Assembly (NCBI GenBank): GCA_041484625.1
Contig: JBGPHY010000003.1
Location: forward strand, 1 to 39,771
DNA: 39,771 bases
Reading direction: 5' to 3'
Source: Terriglobia bacterium
GTDB taxonomy: Bacteria; Acidobacteriota; Terriglobia; Versatilivoradales; Versatilivoraceae
The position numbers and the translations under genes were made by a program. Shown piece after piece: positions 26,309 through 34,447 of the stretch. The notes under the pieces are model-generated. The model worked only from the letters and a program-made list of their open reading frames with translations, was not told the origin of the DNA and searched no databases. Position 1 is the stretch's first letter, and each line of letters begins with the position of its first letter.

Positions 26309-27319
26309 TTACACCACGTACTCGTCACCCCCGCCGCCGCGGATGTTTACAAGTCCTTCTTCCTCCAGCCTGCGGATGATTTCGACAACTTCCTGCTAGG
26401 CTTTTTCCACATCCCGGACCCGGACCGGACCCAAGGCCTCCATGTCTTCCTTCATCATTTCTACGGCACGCTGCGACATGTTTTTGAAGATGTGGGCTTG
26501 GAGTTCCTCGTTTGTCCCCTTCAGGGCAATGGTTAGAGTCTTCTTGTCGACCCGTTGCAGGATCTCCCGCACTCCCACATTGTCAATCAGCAGAACGTCT
26601 TCGAAGACCATCATGAGGTTGCGGATCGCCACGGCCAAGTCCGGACTCTCGGTTTCTATTTTCTCCAGGATGGCCCGCCCATCAATGCGGTCCATCTTGT
26701 TCACCAATTCAGCCACGGCCCGCGTACCCCCAATGGCCTCGCGGCTGTAAGTTCCCAGTGACTTCAGCTTTTGATCGAGAATGAGGGAGATCCGTTTGAT
26801 GACTTCCGGTGAAATCTCGCCCAGGTTGGCCATACGGACCACGATATCAGGGCGCACGTCCTCAGGCAGCGAAGCCAGCAGTTCCGCCCCCTGGCTGGGA
26901 TCCAGGTGGGCCAGGATCAGCGCAATTGTCTGTGGATGCTCATTTTGAATAAACTTTGAAAGTTGGTGGGGGTCCGCCTTTTCGAGAGCATTGAAACCTA
27001 CGGAACTTTCAATGGATTTGGTGACGCGCTCAATGACACGCTTCGCCCCGTCTTGTCCGAGCGCTTTTTGCAGGACCTTCTTGGTGTACTCCATGCCTCC
27101 GGACGACATGTACTGGCGGGCCAGAACCATGTTGTGAAATTCTTCCAGCACACCTTCGGCCAGATCCTTCGGAACGTTGTTCAGAACCGACAGTTCCCGG
27201 CTGATCTTTTCAACTTCGTCCTCCCAAAGGTGTTTCATCAACTGGCCGGAGATCTCTTCTCCGAGGAGGACCATCAGGGCTGCGGCTTTGCGGGCGCCTT
27301 TCACATTCTCGAGGTTCAT
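26309..27319 (-). pseudogene. fliG: Rotor protein FliG interrupted by an in-frame TAG at 26396-26398 (full frame 336 codons)
   Basis: GARKAA.L...LGE, EHPQTIALIL, NMSQRA...EDME.LGPVR. The track ORF stops at ...DVEKA, but the frame continues QEVVEIIRRLEEEGLVNIRGGGGDEYVV to TAA at 26309, which is the canonical FliG tail (DVE.AQQ.I...IR.LEE.G). The stop could be a sequence error. Confidence 0.9.
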
Positions 27320-27320
27320 T

Positions 27321-29012
27321 CTAGGTTTTCTCCTCTTCCATCAGCCAGACCCGCACCAGGGCCGCCACATTTTCGGGCTCGCGTTGGGAGAATTCGACGA
27401 GTCGCTGTTTCAAAATATCGGTCTTTCGCACGTCGACCTCTGGTGATACCAGCCCGCTCTCACGTCCTTCCAACGCAGCCTCCAGTTCCTTAACGGTCTT
27501 GGGCGCTTCCAGTTGCAGGGCCGCAGGCCCAGCACCTTCGGCGAGCTGCCTCTGCTCCGCTTCTTGGGGGCTGAGCACTTCCTCCACCGGGGAAAACACT
27601 CGCCGGGTGATCGGGCGAATCAAGAGGAAATACGCCAGCAGAAACAGAAGAAGCAGCGCTGTGTATCGGATGCCAGGTTGGAAAAGTTCTTTCCACTTCT
27701 CATAGAAGGTCGGCTTGGTTTCCTCGGTTTCCAACTGCGTGTCAAAGGCGATATTCTCCACAGTCAGGACATCACCGCGGTTCGAGTCGACTCCCAATGC
27801 AGCAATGACCAGGTCTTTAATCTTCTTGATTTCGTCGGCGTTTCTGGAGACATTCTTCTTGATCATGCGTCCGTCCGGGCCCTTTTCCATTTTTGCGGCA
27901 TCGTCCACAATGACGGCCACCGACAGTCTCTTGATGTCACCAAAGGGCTCAATGGTGTGGCGAACCAGCTTGCTGACCTCGTAGTTAGTTAGCTCGTTGG
28001 TCTTTGTGAAAGAATTGGGTCCGCGGCTATTGATGGGGATAATATTGGGTGCAGGAGTCGCCTGATTGGACTTAGTTCCCGGTACTCCGGCGGCCGCCCC
28101 CGAGGCTCCCGGTTGGCTTCGTTCTTCGGATTTGGTCTGACTTCGAATAGCGGTCCCCTGAGGATCGAATTTCTCTTCGGTTTGCTCAATGCGGCTGAAG
28201 TTCAAGGTGACTGAAGTGTCAGCTTTCACTTTTCCCTCGCCGACAATCGGCTCCAGAATATTGACGATCTTTTTCGTGAAGTCTTTTTCTGCCTGGGCCT
28301 TAATTTCCAGCTGAGCGTTGGTTAAGGCTTCATCCGGGCTAGCCTGCCTGGCCGAAAGCAGGCGACCTGATGAATCCACCACCGTCACATTCTGTGGAGT
28401 CAGTCCCTCCACTGCACTGGAAACCAAGTGCACGATTCCCGAGACCATCGTATCGTTCAACACTTTTCCGGCGTTCAATTTCAGAACGACTGACGCTTTG
28501 GTCGGTTCGGCCTTCTCCTGGAACAGTGATTCCTTGGGCAACACCAAGTGGACCCGAACCTGCGCGATCTCTTTGAGAGAGAGGATCGTTCGAGCCAACT
28601 CCCCCTCAAGTGCCCTCTTGTAGCTTACTTTTTCCAGGAATTCAGTCATTCCTAAGTTGGTCTTGTCGAAAATCTCGAAACCAATTTTCCCACTTTGAGG
28701 GAGCCCTTCACTGGCAAGTTGGATCCTCAATTCGTCCACACGGCTGGCGGGAACCCTGATGCTCTTTCCCCCATCCTGCAACTGGTAGGGAACCTTCTGG
28801 TCTTTGAGCCGGTTGATCACAGTGTTGGCTTCTTCCGCATTGAGGCTCGAATAGAGGGTTTGGTAGTCTTCCTGGCTCATTACATAGACCAGGTAACCCA
28901 TTCCCATCAGGACTGCCAGCGCTAAGGTCGCGATGCTGATCTTCTGGTTCAGGGTCAATGCGGCATTGAGCCGATTCAGCTGATTAAGAATGGAGTTGGA
29001 CTCGTTGGCCAT
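27321..29012 (-). CDS. fliF: MS-ring protein FliF
   Basis: GFEIFDK..LG.TEF...V.Y.RALEGELARTI, RVHLV.PK.SLF, ASVVL, IKRLSVAVIVD, two TM segments. Confidence 0.98.
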   Translation of the reverse strand: MANESNSILNQLNRLNAALTLNQKISIATLALAVLMGMGYLVYVMSQEDYQTLYSSLNAEEANTVINRLKDQKVPYQLQDGGKSIRVPASRVDELRIQLASEGLPQSGKIGFEIFDKTNLGMTEFLEKVSYKRALEGELARTILSLKEIAQVRVHLVLPKESLFQEKAEPTKASVVLKLNAGKVLNDTMVSGIVHLVSSAVEGLTPQNVTVVDSSGRLLSARQASPDEALTNAQLEIKAQAEKDFTKKIVNILEPIVGEGKVKADTSVTLNFSRIEQTEEKFDPQGTAIRSQTKSEERSQPGASGAAAGVPGTKSNQATPAPNIIPINSRGPNSFTKTNELTNYEVSKLVRHTIEPFGDIKRLSVAVIVDDAAKMEKGPDGRMIKKNVSRNADEIKKIKDLVIAALGVDSNRGDVLTVENIAFDTQLETEETKPTFYEKWKELFQPGIRYTALLLLFLLAYFLLIRPITRRVFSPVEEVLSPQEAEQRQLAEGAGPAALQLEAPKTVKELEAALEGRESGLVSPEVDVRKTDILKQRLVEFSQREPENVAALVRVWLMEEEKT

Positions 29013-29021
29013 TGAGAATCC

Positions 29022-29336
29022 TTACACCGGCATCCTCATGATTTCCTGGTAAGCATTAACCAACTTATTCCGAACCTGCATCATCATCTGAAAGGAAATA
29101 TCCGCCTTTTGAACGGCAACCATGGCCGTATGTATATCCTTCACTTCACCGGTCATGAATTTCCGGCCCTCTTCTCCGGCTTCCTTCTGGATGTCGCTGA
29201 CTTCCTTGATGGCATTCTCCAGTACTTCACCAAAGGAAGGTCCTTTCAGTTCACCCGGAATTTGCTTCACTTCAGGAGGCTTGTTGGTAATGATGGGAGG
29301 CGGAAAACCGAGTGGGTTGATGTTGTTGTTGCTCAT
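29022..29336 (-). CDS. fliE: Hook-basal body protein FliE
   Basis: SFGEVL..AI.EV, DIH.AMVA.QKA.ISFQ...QVRNKLV.AYQEIMRM.V. Confidence 0.97.
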   Translation of the reverse strand: MSNNNINPLGFPPPIITNKPPEVKQIPGELKGPSFGEVLENAIKEVSDIQKEAGEEGRKFMTGEVKDIHTAMVAVQKADISFQMMMQVRNKLVNAYQEIMRMPV

Positions 29337-29773
29337 CGTCCTATCTCCAGTGACTTACGGGCGATATCCTTGATCGTATTGATCGATTGGACACTGGCTT
29401 CAAATGACCGTGTCGCGGAAATCATATTCACCATTTCTTCGATGGGGTTGACGTTCGGCATGAGAACAAAACCCTCGGCGTCGGCGTCAGGATGAGACGG
29501 GTCGTACTTCTTCAGGAACGGCGCTTCGTCTTCATAGATGGCCGAGACTTCCACTCCGTCCTCTCCCTGGCCAGCCATGGCAGAATTCAGGGTGTTGTTA
29601 AATGCCTCTTGAACCGGGGCCGACTCGAAAACGAGGTCTTTTCGCCGGTAAGGTCCCCCCTCGGCGGTCCGAGTGGTATTGGCGTTTGCCAGATTGCTGG
29701 AGATAACCTCCAGGCGCCTCCGTTGTGCGTTGAGACCGGATGCGCTGATATCCATAGCAGAAAGCAAGCCCAT
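29333..29773 (-). CDS. flgC: Rod protein FlgC
   Basis: ISASGL.AQR.RLEVIS.NLANANTTRT..GGPYRRK, YDPSHPDAD..G.V.MPNVN...EMV.MISA.RSFEA. Confidence 0.98.
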   Translation of the reverse strand: MGLLSAMDISASGLNAQRRRLEVISSNLANANTTRTAEGGPYRRKDLVFESAPVQEAFNNTLNSAMAGQGEDGVEVSAIYEDEAPFLKKYDPSHPDADAEGFVLMPNVNPIEEMVNMISATRSFEASVQSINTIKDIARKSLEIGR

Positions 29774-29779
29774 GAGATC

Positions 29780-30193
29780 TTATCTCCCTTCCAATATGGC
29801 AGTTTTCAAAATGCGGATTTTCATTGAGATCAGCTGAGCCACCGTTGAGAATTTCAGAGAATTGCTGGCCATCTCAGCCATTTCACGGTCGATGTTCACG
29901 TTGTTCAAGTCATTGCGAAGCGTCAGGCCATCCACTTCCTGGGGACTGCCCGAGCCATTCCCTTGAATGTCAACCTTAATGGAAAGGTGTCGGGGGTCCG
30001 TCACTTCCGTGGCCAGTCCCCCCTGCCCTATGGCGAACTGTAGTTCCTGCTCGAAATTAATGTCGACCGTCTTATAGACGGGGGTGTCCACATTGGCTAA
30101 GTTGCTGGCAATCAGGGATTGACGTCTAATCGAGAGGTCCATGAAACGCTCCATCATGTCCATGTTGGCGTCCTCAAAAAAGACCTTGCTCAT
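29780..30193 (-). CDS. flgB: Rod protein FlgB
   Basis: RQSLIASNLANVDTP.YK..DI.F, RNDLNNVNIDREMA. The usual TPGYK reads TPVYK here. Confidence 0.96.
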   Translation of the reverse strand: MSKVFFEDANMDMMERFMDLSIRRQSLIASNLANVDTPVYKTVDINFEQELQFAIGQGGLATEVTDPRHLSIKVDIQGNGSGSPQEVDGLTLRNDLNNVNIDREMAEMASNSLKFSTVAQLISMKIRILKTAILEGR

Positions 30194-30236
30194 TCAGTAC
30201 CTTCCTGCGTCAGAGTCTGAGCCCAACCAAGGACAA

Positions 30237-30252
30237 AGCACGATGGTCACCA
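30237..30252 (-). promoter_or_regulatory. Sigma54 promoter candidate for the flgB-fliK operon
   Basis: Minus strand TGGTGACCATCGTGCT (GG-N10-GC), 44 nt upstream of the ATG. A GGCAAAATTAGCC box lies at 30405-30417. Confidence 0.55.
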
Positions 30253-30362
30253 AATGCCATCCAACCCAGCGAGACTGGTTCGACCTGCACCAATTCAGGT
30301 ATCGACTCGACGTAATTCATGGACATCATTGCGGTTGTTTAGTAAGCAGATTCCGACTTGAT

Positions 30363-30391
30363 CTCTGCAGATGGCTGTATCATCTGCAGAG
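30363..30391. repeat. Perfect 11-bp inverted repeat after the sigma54 activator gene
   Basis: CTCTGCAGATG-gctgtat-CATCTGCAGAG, with no U-tract on either side. Confidence 0.7.
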
Positions 30392-30411
30392 GCAGCTGGG
30401 ACCCGGCAAAA

Positions 30412-31860
30412 TTAGCCTAGCGCCCCTCTCTTGTCCACCAACTGGTCTGACATCCGGTATTCCCGCAGTTTGTTCCTCAACGTACGCAGGGAGATTCCCA
30501 GCATCTGCGCGGCACGTGTCCGGTTGCCTCCCGTTTCCTCGAGCGTCAAGTGGATCAACTTCTTCTCCATTTCATTGACGGAAAAACCGGCCCTCAACTG
30601 CAGCTTCTCTGCAGTGAGGAACCCTTTCCCATTTTCCGGCCCGGACGGCTTGCCAGGACTCATTACGCCCGAGTTTTCCGAACAAGGTCGCTGACTGACT
30701 TCCATTTCCTCCACCGGGTCAAGAAACAGGTCTTGAGGATAGATGGTGTTATTTCCGGCCAGGGCCGTAGCGCGCTGGATCACATTCTCGAGTTCCCGAA
30801 CATTACCGGGCCAGTCATACCGCAGTAAGAGTTCTGTTGTCTTTGAAGCCAGCTCCGTTCGCTCTCCCCGGTTCTCAAAGCCATATTTCTCGCAGAAATA
30901 ATCTGCCAACAAGGGGATGTCTCCCCGTCGGTTCCTAAGAGGAGGGATGCTTAACGGAATCACGTTAAGCCGGTAGTAGAGGTCTTCCCGGAACGTCCCC
31001 GCTGAAACCAACCCTCTCAGATCTTTGTTGGTGGTGGCGATGATGCGGACGTCAACCGGAATTGGGCTTCGCCCCCCAATTCTGTCGACTTCCTGTTCCT
31101 GAAGAACCCGCAGCAATTTGGCCTGGAGCAACGGTGCCATCTCTCCAATCTCGTCCAGCAGGAGAGTACCATTTTGGGCCATTTCAAATTTGCCCGGCTT
31201 TTGGGCTATGGCGCCGGTGAAAGCGCCCTTCTCGTGCCCGAAGAGTTCAGATTCCAACAGGTTGTCAGGCAAAGCAGCGCAATTCACTGCTACAAACGGA
31301 GAGTCCTTTCGAGGGCTGGACTGATGAATTCCGCGCGCCACTAACTCCTTTCCGGTTCCGCTCTCGGCTTGAATCAGGATTGTCGCCTTGCCCCGCGCTG
31401 CCTGTTCCGTGAGTTCCAACATGGCCAACATGTCGGGATCCTGAGTGAGAATCGGAAAGCTGTGTTTCGCTTTACGGACCCTCAAGAAACTCTCGTTCTT
31501 CTGAATTGCCCGACGTACAACACCTTGCAGGTCCATGGCGGAAAACGGCTTGAGCAGGTAGTCAAAGGCCCCTAGCTTCATCGCCTCGACGGCATTCTGT
31601 ACCGTCCCGTGAGCTGTCACCAGTACCACCTGAGTTCGGGGGTTCACACCCTTGATTTCACGCAGTAAGTCAAGACCAGTTACTCTGGGCATCCTCAGAT
31701 CAGTGATGACAAGCCGGTAGCGAGATTCTTTTAATCTCTCCAGGGCTTCTATCCCACTGCTGGCCGTGACAATCGAGTAACCCTCACGCTTGATGGTCTC
31801 ATTCATGGCAATCAGCATTTGCGGCTCATCATCCACAATGAGCACGTCGCGGCTTAACAT
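30412..31860 (-). CDS. Sigma54-dependent response regulator (REC-AAA+-Fis HTH), FlrC/FleR/FlbD-like
   Basis: VLIVDDE...VITDLRMP...KPF receiver, AESGTGKE, ESELFGHEKGAFTGA, LLLDEIGEM, FREDLYYRLNV, WPGNVRELEN, GNRTRAAQMLGISLRTLRNKL. Directly upstream of flgB. Confidence 0.95.
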   Translation of the reverse strand: MLSRDVLIVDDEPQMLIAMNETIKREGYSIVTASSGIEALERLKESRYRLVITDLRMPRVTGLDLLREIKGVNPRTQVVLVTAHGTVQNAVEAMKLGAFDYLLKPFSAMDLQGVVRRAIQKNESFLRVRKAKHSFPILTQDPDMLAMLELTEQAARGKATILIQAESGTGKELVARGIHQSSPRKDSPFVAVNCAALPDNLLESELFGHEKGAFTGAIAQKPGKFEMAQNGTLLLDEIGEMAPLLQAKLLRVLQEQEVDRIGGRSPIPVDVRIIATTNKDLRGLVSAGTFREDLYYRLNVIPLSIPPLRNRRGDIPLLADYFCEKYGFENRGERTELASKTTELLLRYDWPGNVRELENVIQRATALAGNNTIYPQDLFLDPVEEMEVSQRPCSENSGVMSPGKPSGPENGKGFLTAEKLQLRAGFSVNEMEKKLIHLTLEETGGNRTRAAQMLGISLRTLRNKLREYRMSDQLVDKRGALG

Positions 31861-33110
31861 TCGCTGGTCCCTCCCGGAGGCAGGTTAATGGTGAAGCAAG
31901 TCCCCCTGCCGAATTCGCTTTGTGCTGTCACTTTGCCGTGATGTTTTTCAACAATTTGGTGCACCAGAGAAAGGCCCAGTCCGGTTCCATTTTCGCTGGT
32001 GGTGTAGAAAGGATCGAAGATCCGGGAAAGGTTGTCGGGGGTAACTCCGATTCCGGTATCTTCCACTTGGATTTCGACTCTCTGATCCGTGGTTGTCCGG
32101 ACGCGGACCCAGAGCCTCCCGGCCTCAGGCATGGCTTGCAGTGCATTCATGAACAGATTCATCATCATCTGCCGGAGCATCCCTGGATCCCCAGTTATTG
32201 TAAGAGCTTCCGAAGTGGCCGGTCCGGTCACTTGGATATGTCGTTGTACAAAGACTGGCTCGATAAAAGAGAGGGTGCTCCGGATGACCTCGATGAGATC
32301 GAATTCCTGGAATTGGGGGCTTGCCGACCGGGCAAACGAAAGCATATTGGCGACAATGGTATTCAAGAATTTAATTCCGGTGCTGATCTGGTCCGTCCAG
32401 TTCTGGATCTCGGGCCTCTCGTGCAGCTCTTCTTTGAGTAATGAAGCAAAGATCTCGATGCTTCCCAGGGGATTGCGAATTTCATGCGCCAACTGTACCG
32501 CCATCTCGCCCATGGCCTGCAATCGCTCAGCGCGCTGGTTCTGCAATTCCAATTCTTTCAGTCGGGTGATGTCTTTGAGAACGACAGTCAGACTAGTGCA
32601 TTGTCCGGTTGGGTCAATCACCGGCGAACTCGAAATGACAAGGAATCTCAAATCCCTCGCTTTGGATTTTACTTGGAGCTGGATATCCTCAGCTGTCGAC
32701 TGGTCACCGCGCAATGAAGCCTGAATGATTTCCTTGAGGGCCTGCGGCAGAGGCAGTTCGTCCAGGGATCCGCCCTTTTCACCAGCATTCTCAGGCAGGT
32801 CGAGCATACCGATGGCGGCGGGGTTGCACACAGTGACCTGGCTCGCTGAGTTCACCACTAACACCCCGTTGCTGAGGCTTTCCAGGATGCTCCTCAGGTA
32901 GTTCTTGAGGTTGTCCTTTTCTTCAAGACTTCGCTTGAGTTCCGCATTGGCAGCCTCCAGTTCCAAAGAAAGGCGTCGCACTTCCTTTTGTAGGCCCTGG
33001 TAAGCATCCGCGAGCGAAGCAGAGGTACTGTTAAACAGCTCAAAAGCCTGTAGCAACTTTTGATAGTCCGGCTGTAATGCTTCGAGCTGGGTCGGCAAAT
33101 TCGGACTCAC
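31854..33110 (-). CDS. Cytoplasmic PAS sensor histidine kinase, FlrB/FleS-like
   Basis: AFELFN..S.SL..AY..LQ.EV..L..EL coiled coil typical of FleS/FlrB, PAS region, H-box AHEIRNPL, N-box NLFMNALQAM, DTGIG and GTGLGL. No TM helix. Overlaps the regulator start. Confidence 0.93.
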   Translation of the reverse strand: MSPNLPTQLEALQPDYQKLLQAFELFNSTSASLADAYQGLQKEVRRLSLELEAANAELKRSLEEKDNLKNYLRSILESLSNGVLVVNSASQVTVCNPAAIGMLDLPENAGEKGGSLDELPLPQALKEIIQASLRGDQSTAEDIQLQVKSKARDLRFLVISSSPVIDPTGQCTSLTVVLKDITRLKELELQNQRAERLQAMGEMAVQLAHEIRNPLGSIEIFASLLKEELHERPEIQNWTDQISTGIKFLNTIVANMLSFARSASPQFQEFDLIEVIRSTLSFIEPVFVQRHIQVTGPATSEALTITGDPGMLRQMMMNLFMNALQAMPEAGRLWVRVRTTTDQRVEIQVEDTGIGVTPDNLSRIFDPFYTTSENGTGLGLSLVHQIVEKHHGKVTAQSEFGRGTCFTINLPPGGTSEC

Positions 33111-33211
33111 CCTTCATTACCTTCGGTTTTATGGGGCCAAGGTTCCACAATCTCGGTTGTGGCGAGGCTAGTCGCTTTCCGCCCCGAATCGGAATTCTCC
33201 GCACAATAGAA

Positions 33212-33227
33212 GGCAGATCAATTACCA
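33212..33227 (-). promoter_or_regulatory. Sigma54 promoter candidate for the kinase-regulator operon
   Basis: Minus strand TGGTAATTGATCTGCC (GG-N10-GC), 102 nt upstream of the annotated start. Confidence 0.6.
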
Positions 33228-33333
33228 AATCCAGACCTGTGCAAGCACTACCCGATCTTGTCTATCCTCCTTATTTTTAAGGCAGATAATTGATGCGTGG
33301 CGACTTGAGAAGCTTGCTTTCTGAAAGCCTGAC

Positions 33334-33347
33334 GTCAAGAATATGAC
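33334..33347. promoter_or_regulatory. Candidate FleQ/FlrA-type enhancer (GTCA-N6-TGAC)
   Basis: GTCAAGAATATGAC, 107 nt upstream of the -24 box, with a further GTCAAG half-site at 33355. Confidence 0.5.
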
Positions 33348-33419
33348 TCTTCTCGTCAAGGAATGCTTGAAATACACTTCGCCAAGAGGTGCACTTCTGG
33401 GCTATTGTTCTCATACTAT

Positions 33420-33614
33420 CCGAGCTCCGTCATTTACTTCAATGTCAGCAACATCGAGGAAGGATATAGAGCTCTCACGGCTTCTGGCGTGAAGTTTGAG
33501 GCTCCACCTCACCTCATTGCCAGGATGGGGAGCTACGATCTGTGGATGGCGTTCTTCAGGGATTCCGAGAACAACCTGTTGGGACTGATGAGCAAAATCT
33601 CACCACGCGAATAA
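33420..33614 (+). pseudogene. 3' half of a VOC/glyoxalase-family gene
   Basis: PSSVIYFNVSNIEEGYRAL...GVKF...PHLIA.M..YDLWMAFFRDSENNLLGLMS matches the second beta-alpha-beta-beta-beta module of small VOC proteins. The first module is missing and upstream DNA is the kinase regulatory region. Confidence 0.72.
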
Positions 33615-33751
33615 AATGCGAATCAACATGCGATATGCCTGCTGATTGTCTCCTGTGTTTCTCTGAAGGATTGAACGCCCAGTTCAGATTCCCGGGGACT
33701 GGAGGCATAGCGGCCTGGCACCCCAACAGCTTGTCAGGCCAATGGGTGCCT

Positions 33752-34390
33752 TTAAGTGATGGTGGTGTCGTTCGAGGGTGGAGGCAGCAACGGCGTGGGG
33801 CGCTCAGATCGTTCATAGCGGAACGTCAGCCGCGAGAGCAGATTGAGGCATTCGTCAATTTTCTTCGAGTGCCGTTCCAGCTTTTCACTGGTTTCAGAAA
33901 TGAACCGGTCGAGCTTGGACCGGTTGTCTTTCAGTAAATCCAGGCGGGCATAGAGCGACTGTACTCTCTCGGCCAGGTGGTGGTTCTCATCGATGAGTTT
34001 CTTCCGTTCGGCAATCTTGTTGATGACAATTTCCAGTTCGACAAGCTTGAAGGGTTTCGTAATGTAGTCGAAGGCTCCTTCCCGCATGGATTCAATGGCG
34101 GACTCCAGCGAGGCGTACCCGGTCATGATGACCACCTGGGTCGCCTCGGTTTTCTTCTTCACTTGTCGAAGAATCTCAAGTCCCCCCTTCAGGGGTAGAA
34201 CCAGGTCGGCGAGAACGATATCGAAACCTTCTTTTTCTCGTTCAATAGCTTCCATTGCTTCCGCACCGTCTTTTGCAGAGGTGACCTTCATCCCCTTTTC
34301 GCGCAGGTACTCTTTGAGCAAGGCGCGCAAGGCTTCGTCATCATCCACCAGCAGGACCTTCAGGTGCTTGGTTTCCAAACCGCTTCGCAT
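33752..34390 (-). CDS. Response regulator: receiver domain + coiled coil, no AAA+ or DNA-binding domain
   Basis: KVLLVDDD, IVLADLVLP, IMTGYAS, GAFDYITKPF, then heptad-rich helices. Start moved to ATG 34390 (GAAAGGG upstream, sigma54 box 42 nt upstream). Confidence 0.9.
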   Translation of the reverse strand: MRSGLETKHLKVLLVDDDEALRALLKEYLREKGMKVTSAKDGAEAMEAIEREKEGFDIVLADLVLPLKGGLEILRQVKKKTEATQVVIMTGYASLESAIESMREGAFDYITKPFKLVELEIVINKIAERKKLIDENHHLAERVQSLYARLDLLKDNRSKLDRFISETSEKLERHSKKIDECLNLLSRLTFRYERSERPTPLLPPPSNDTTIT

Positions 34391-34431
34391 GACCCTTTCA
34401 CTTAGATCCGGATGCTCCGGTTCAAACCGAA

Positions 34432-34447
34432 AGCATTTGTCCTTCCA
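34432..34447 (-). promoter_or_regulatory. Sigma54 promoter candidate for the receiver/coiled-coil gene
   Basis: Minus strand TGGAAGGACAAATGCT (GG-N10-GC). Confidence 0.6.

Noticed and set aside
566-27319. Genome-wide stop-codon reassignment or pyrrolysine to explain the flgM TAA and fliG TAG
   Set aside because: TAA and TAG end many genes here at their expected family C-termini (flgI and flgF TAA; flgH, flgE and flgG TAG). The two internal stops differ and correspond to different expected residues, and no pyl or tRNA genes are visible.
24195-29012. Non-flagellar injectisome (T3SS)
   Set aside because: Rod, hook, L/P ring, FliM and FlhF/FlhG genes are all flagellar, and there are no secretin or needle genes.
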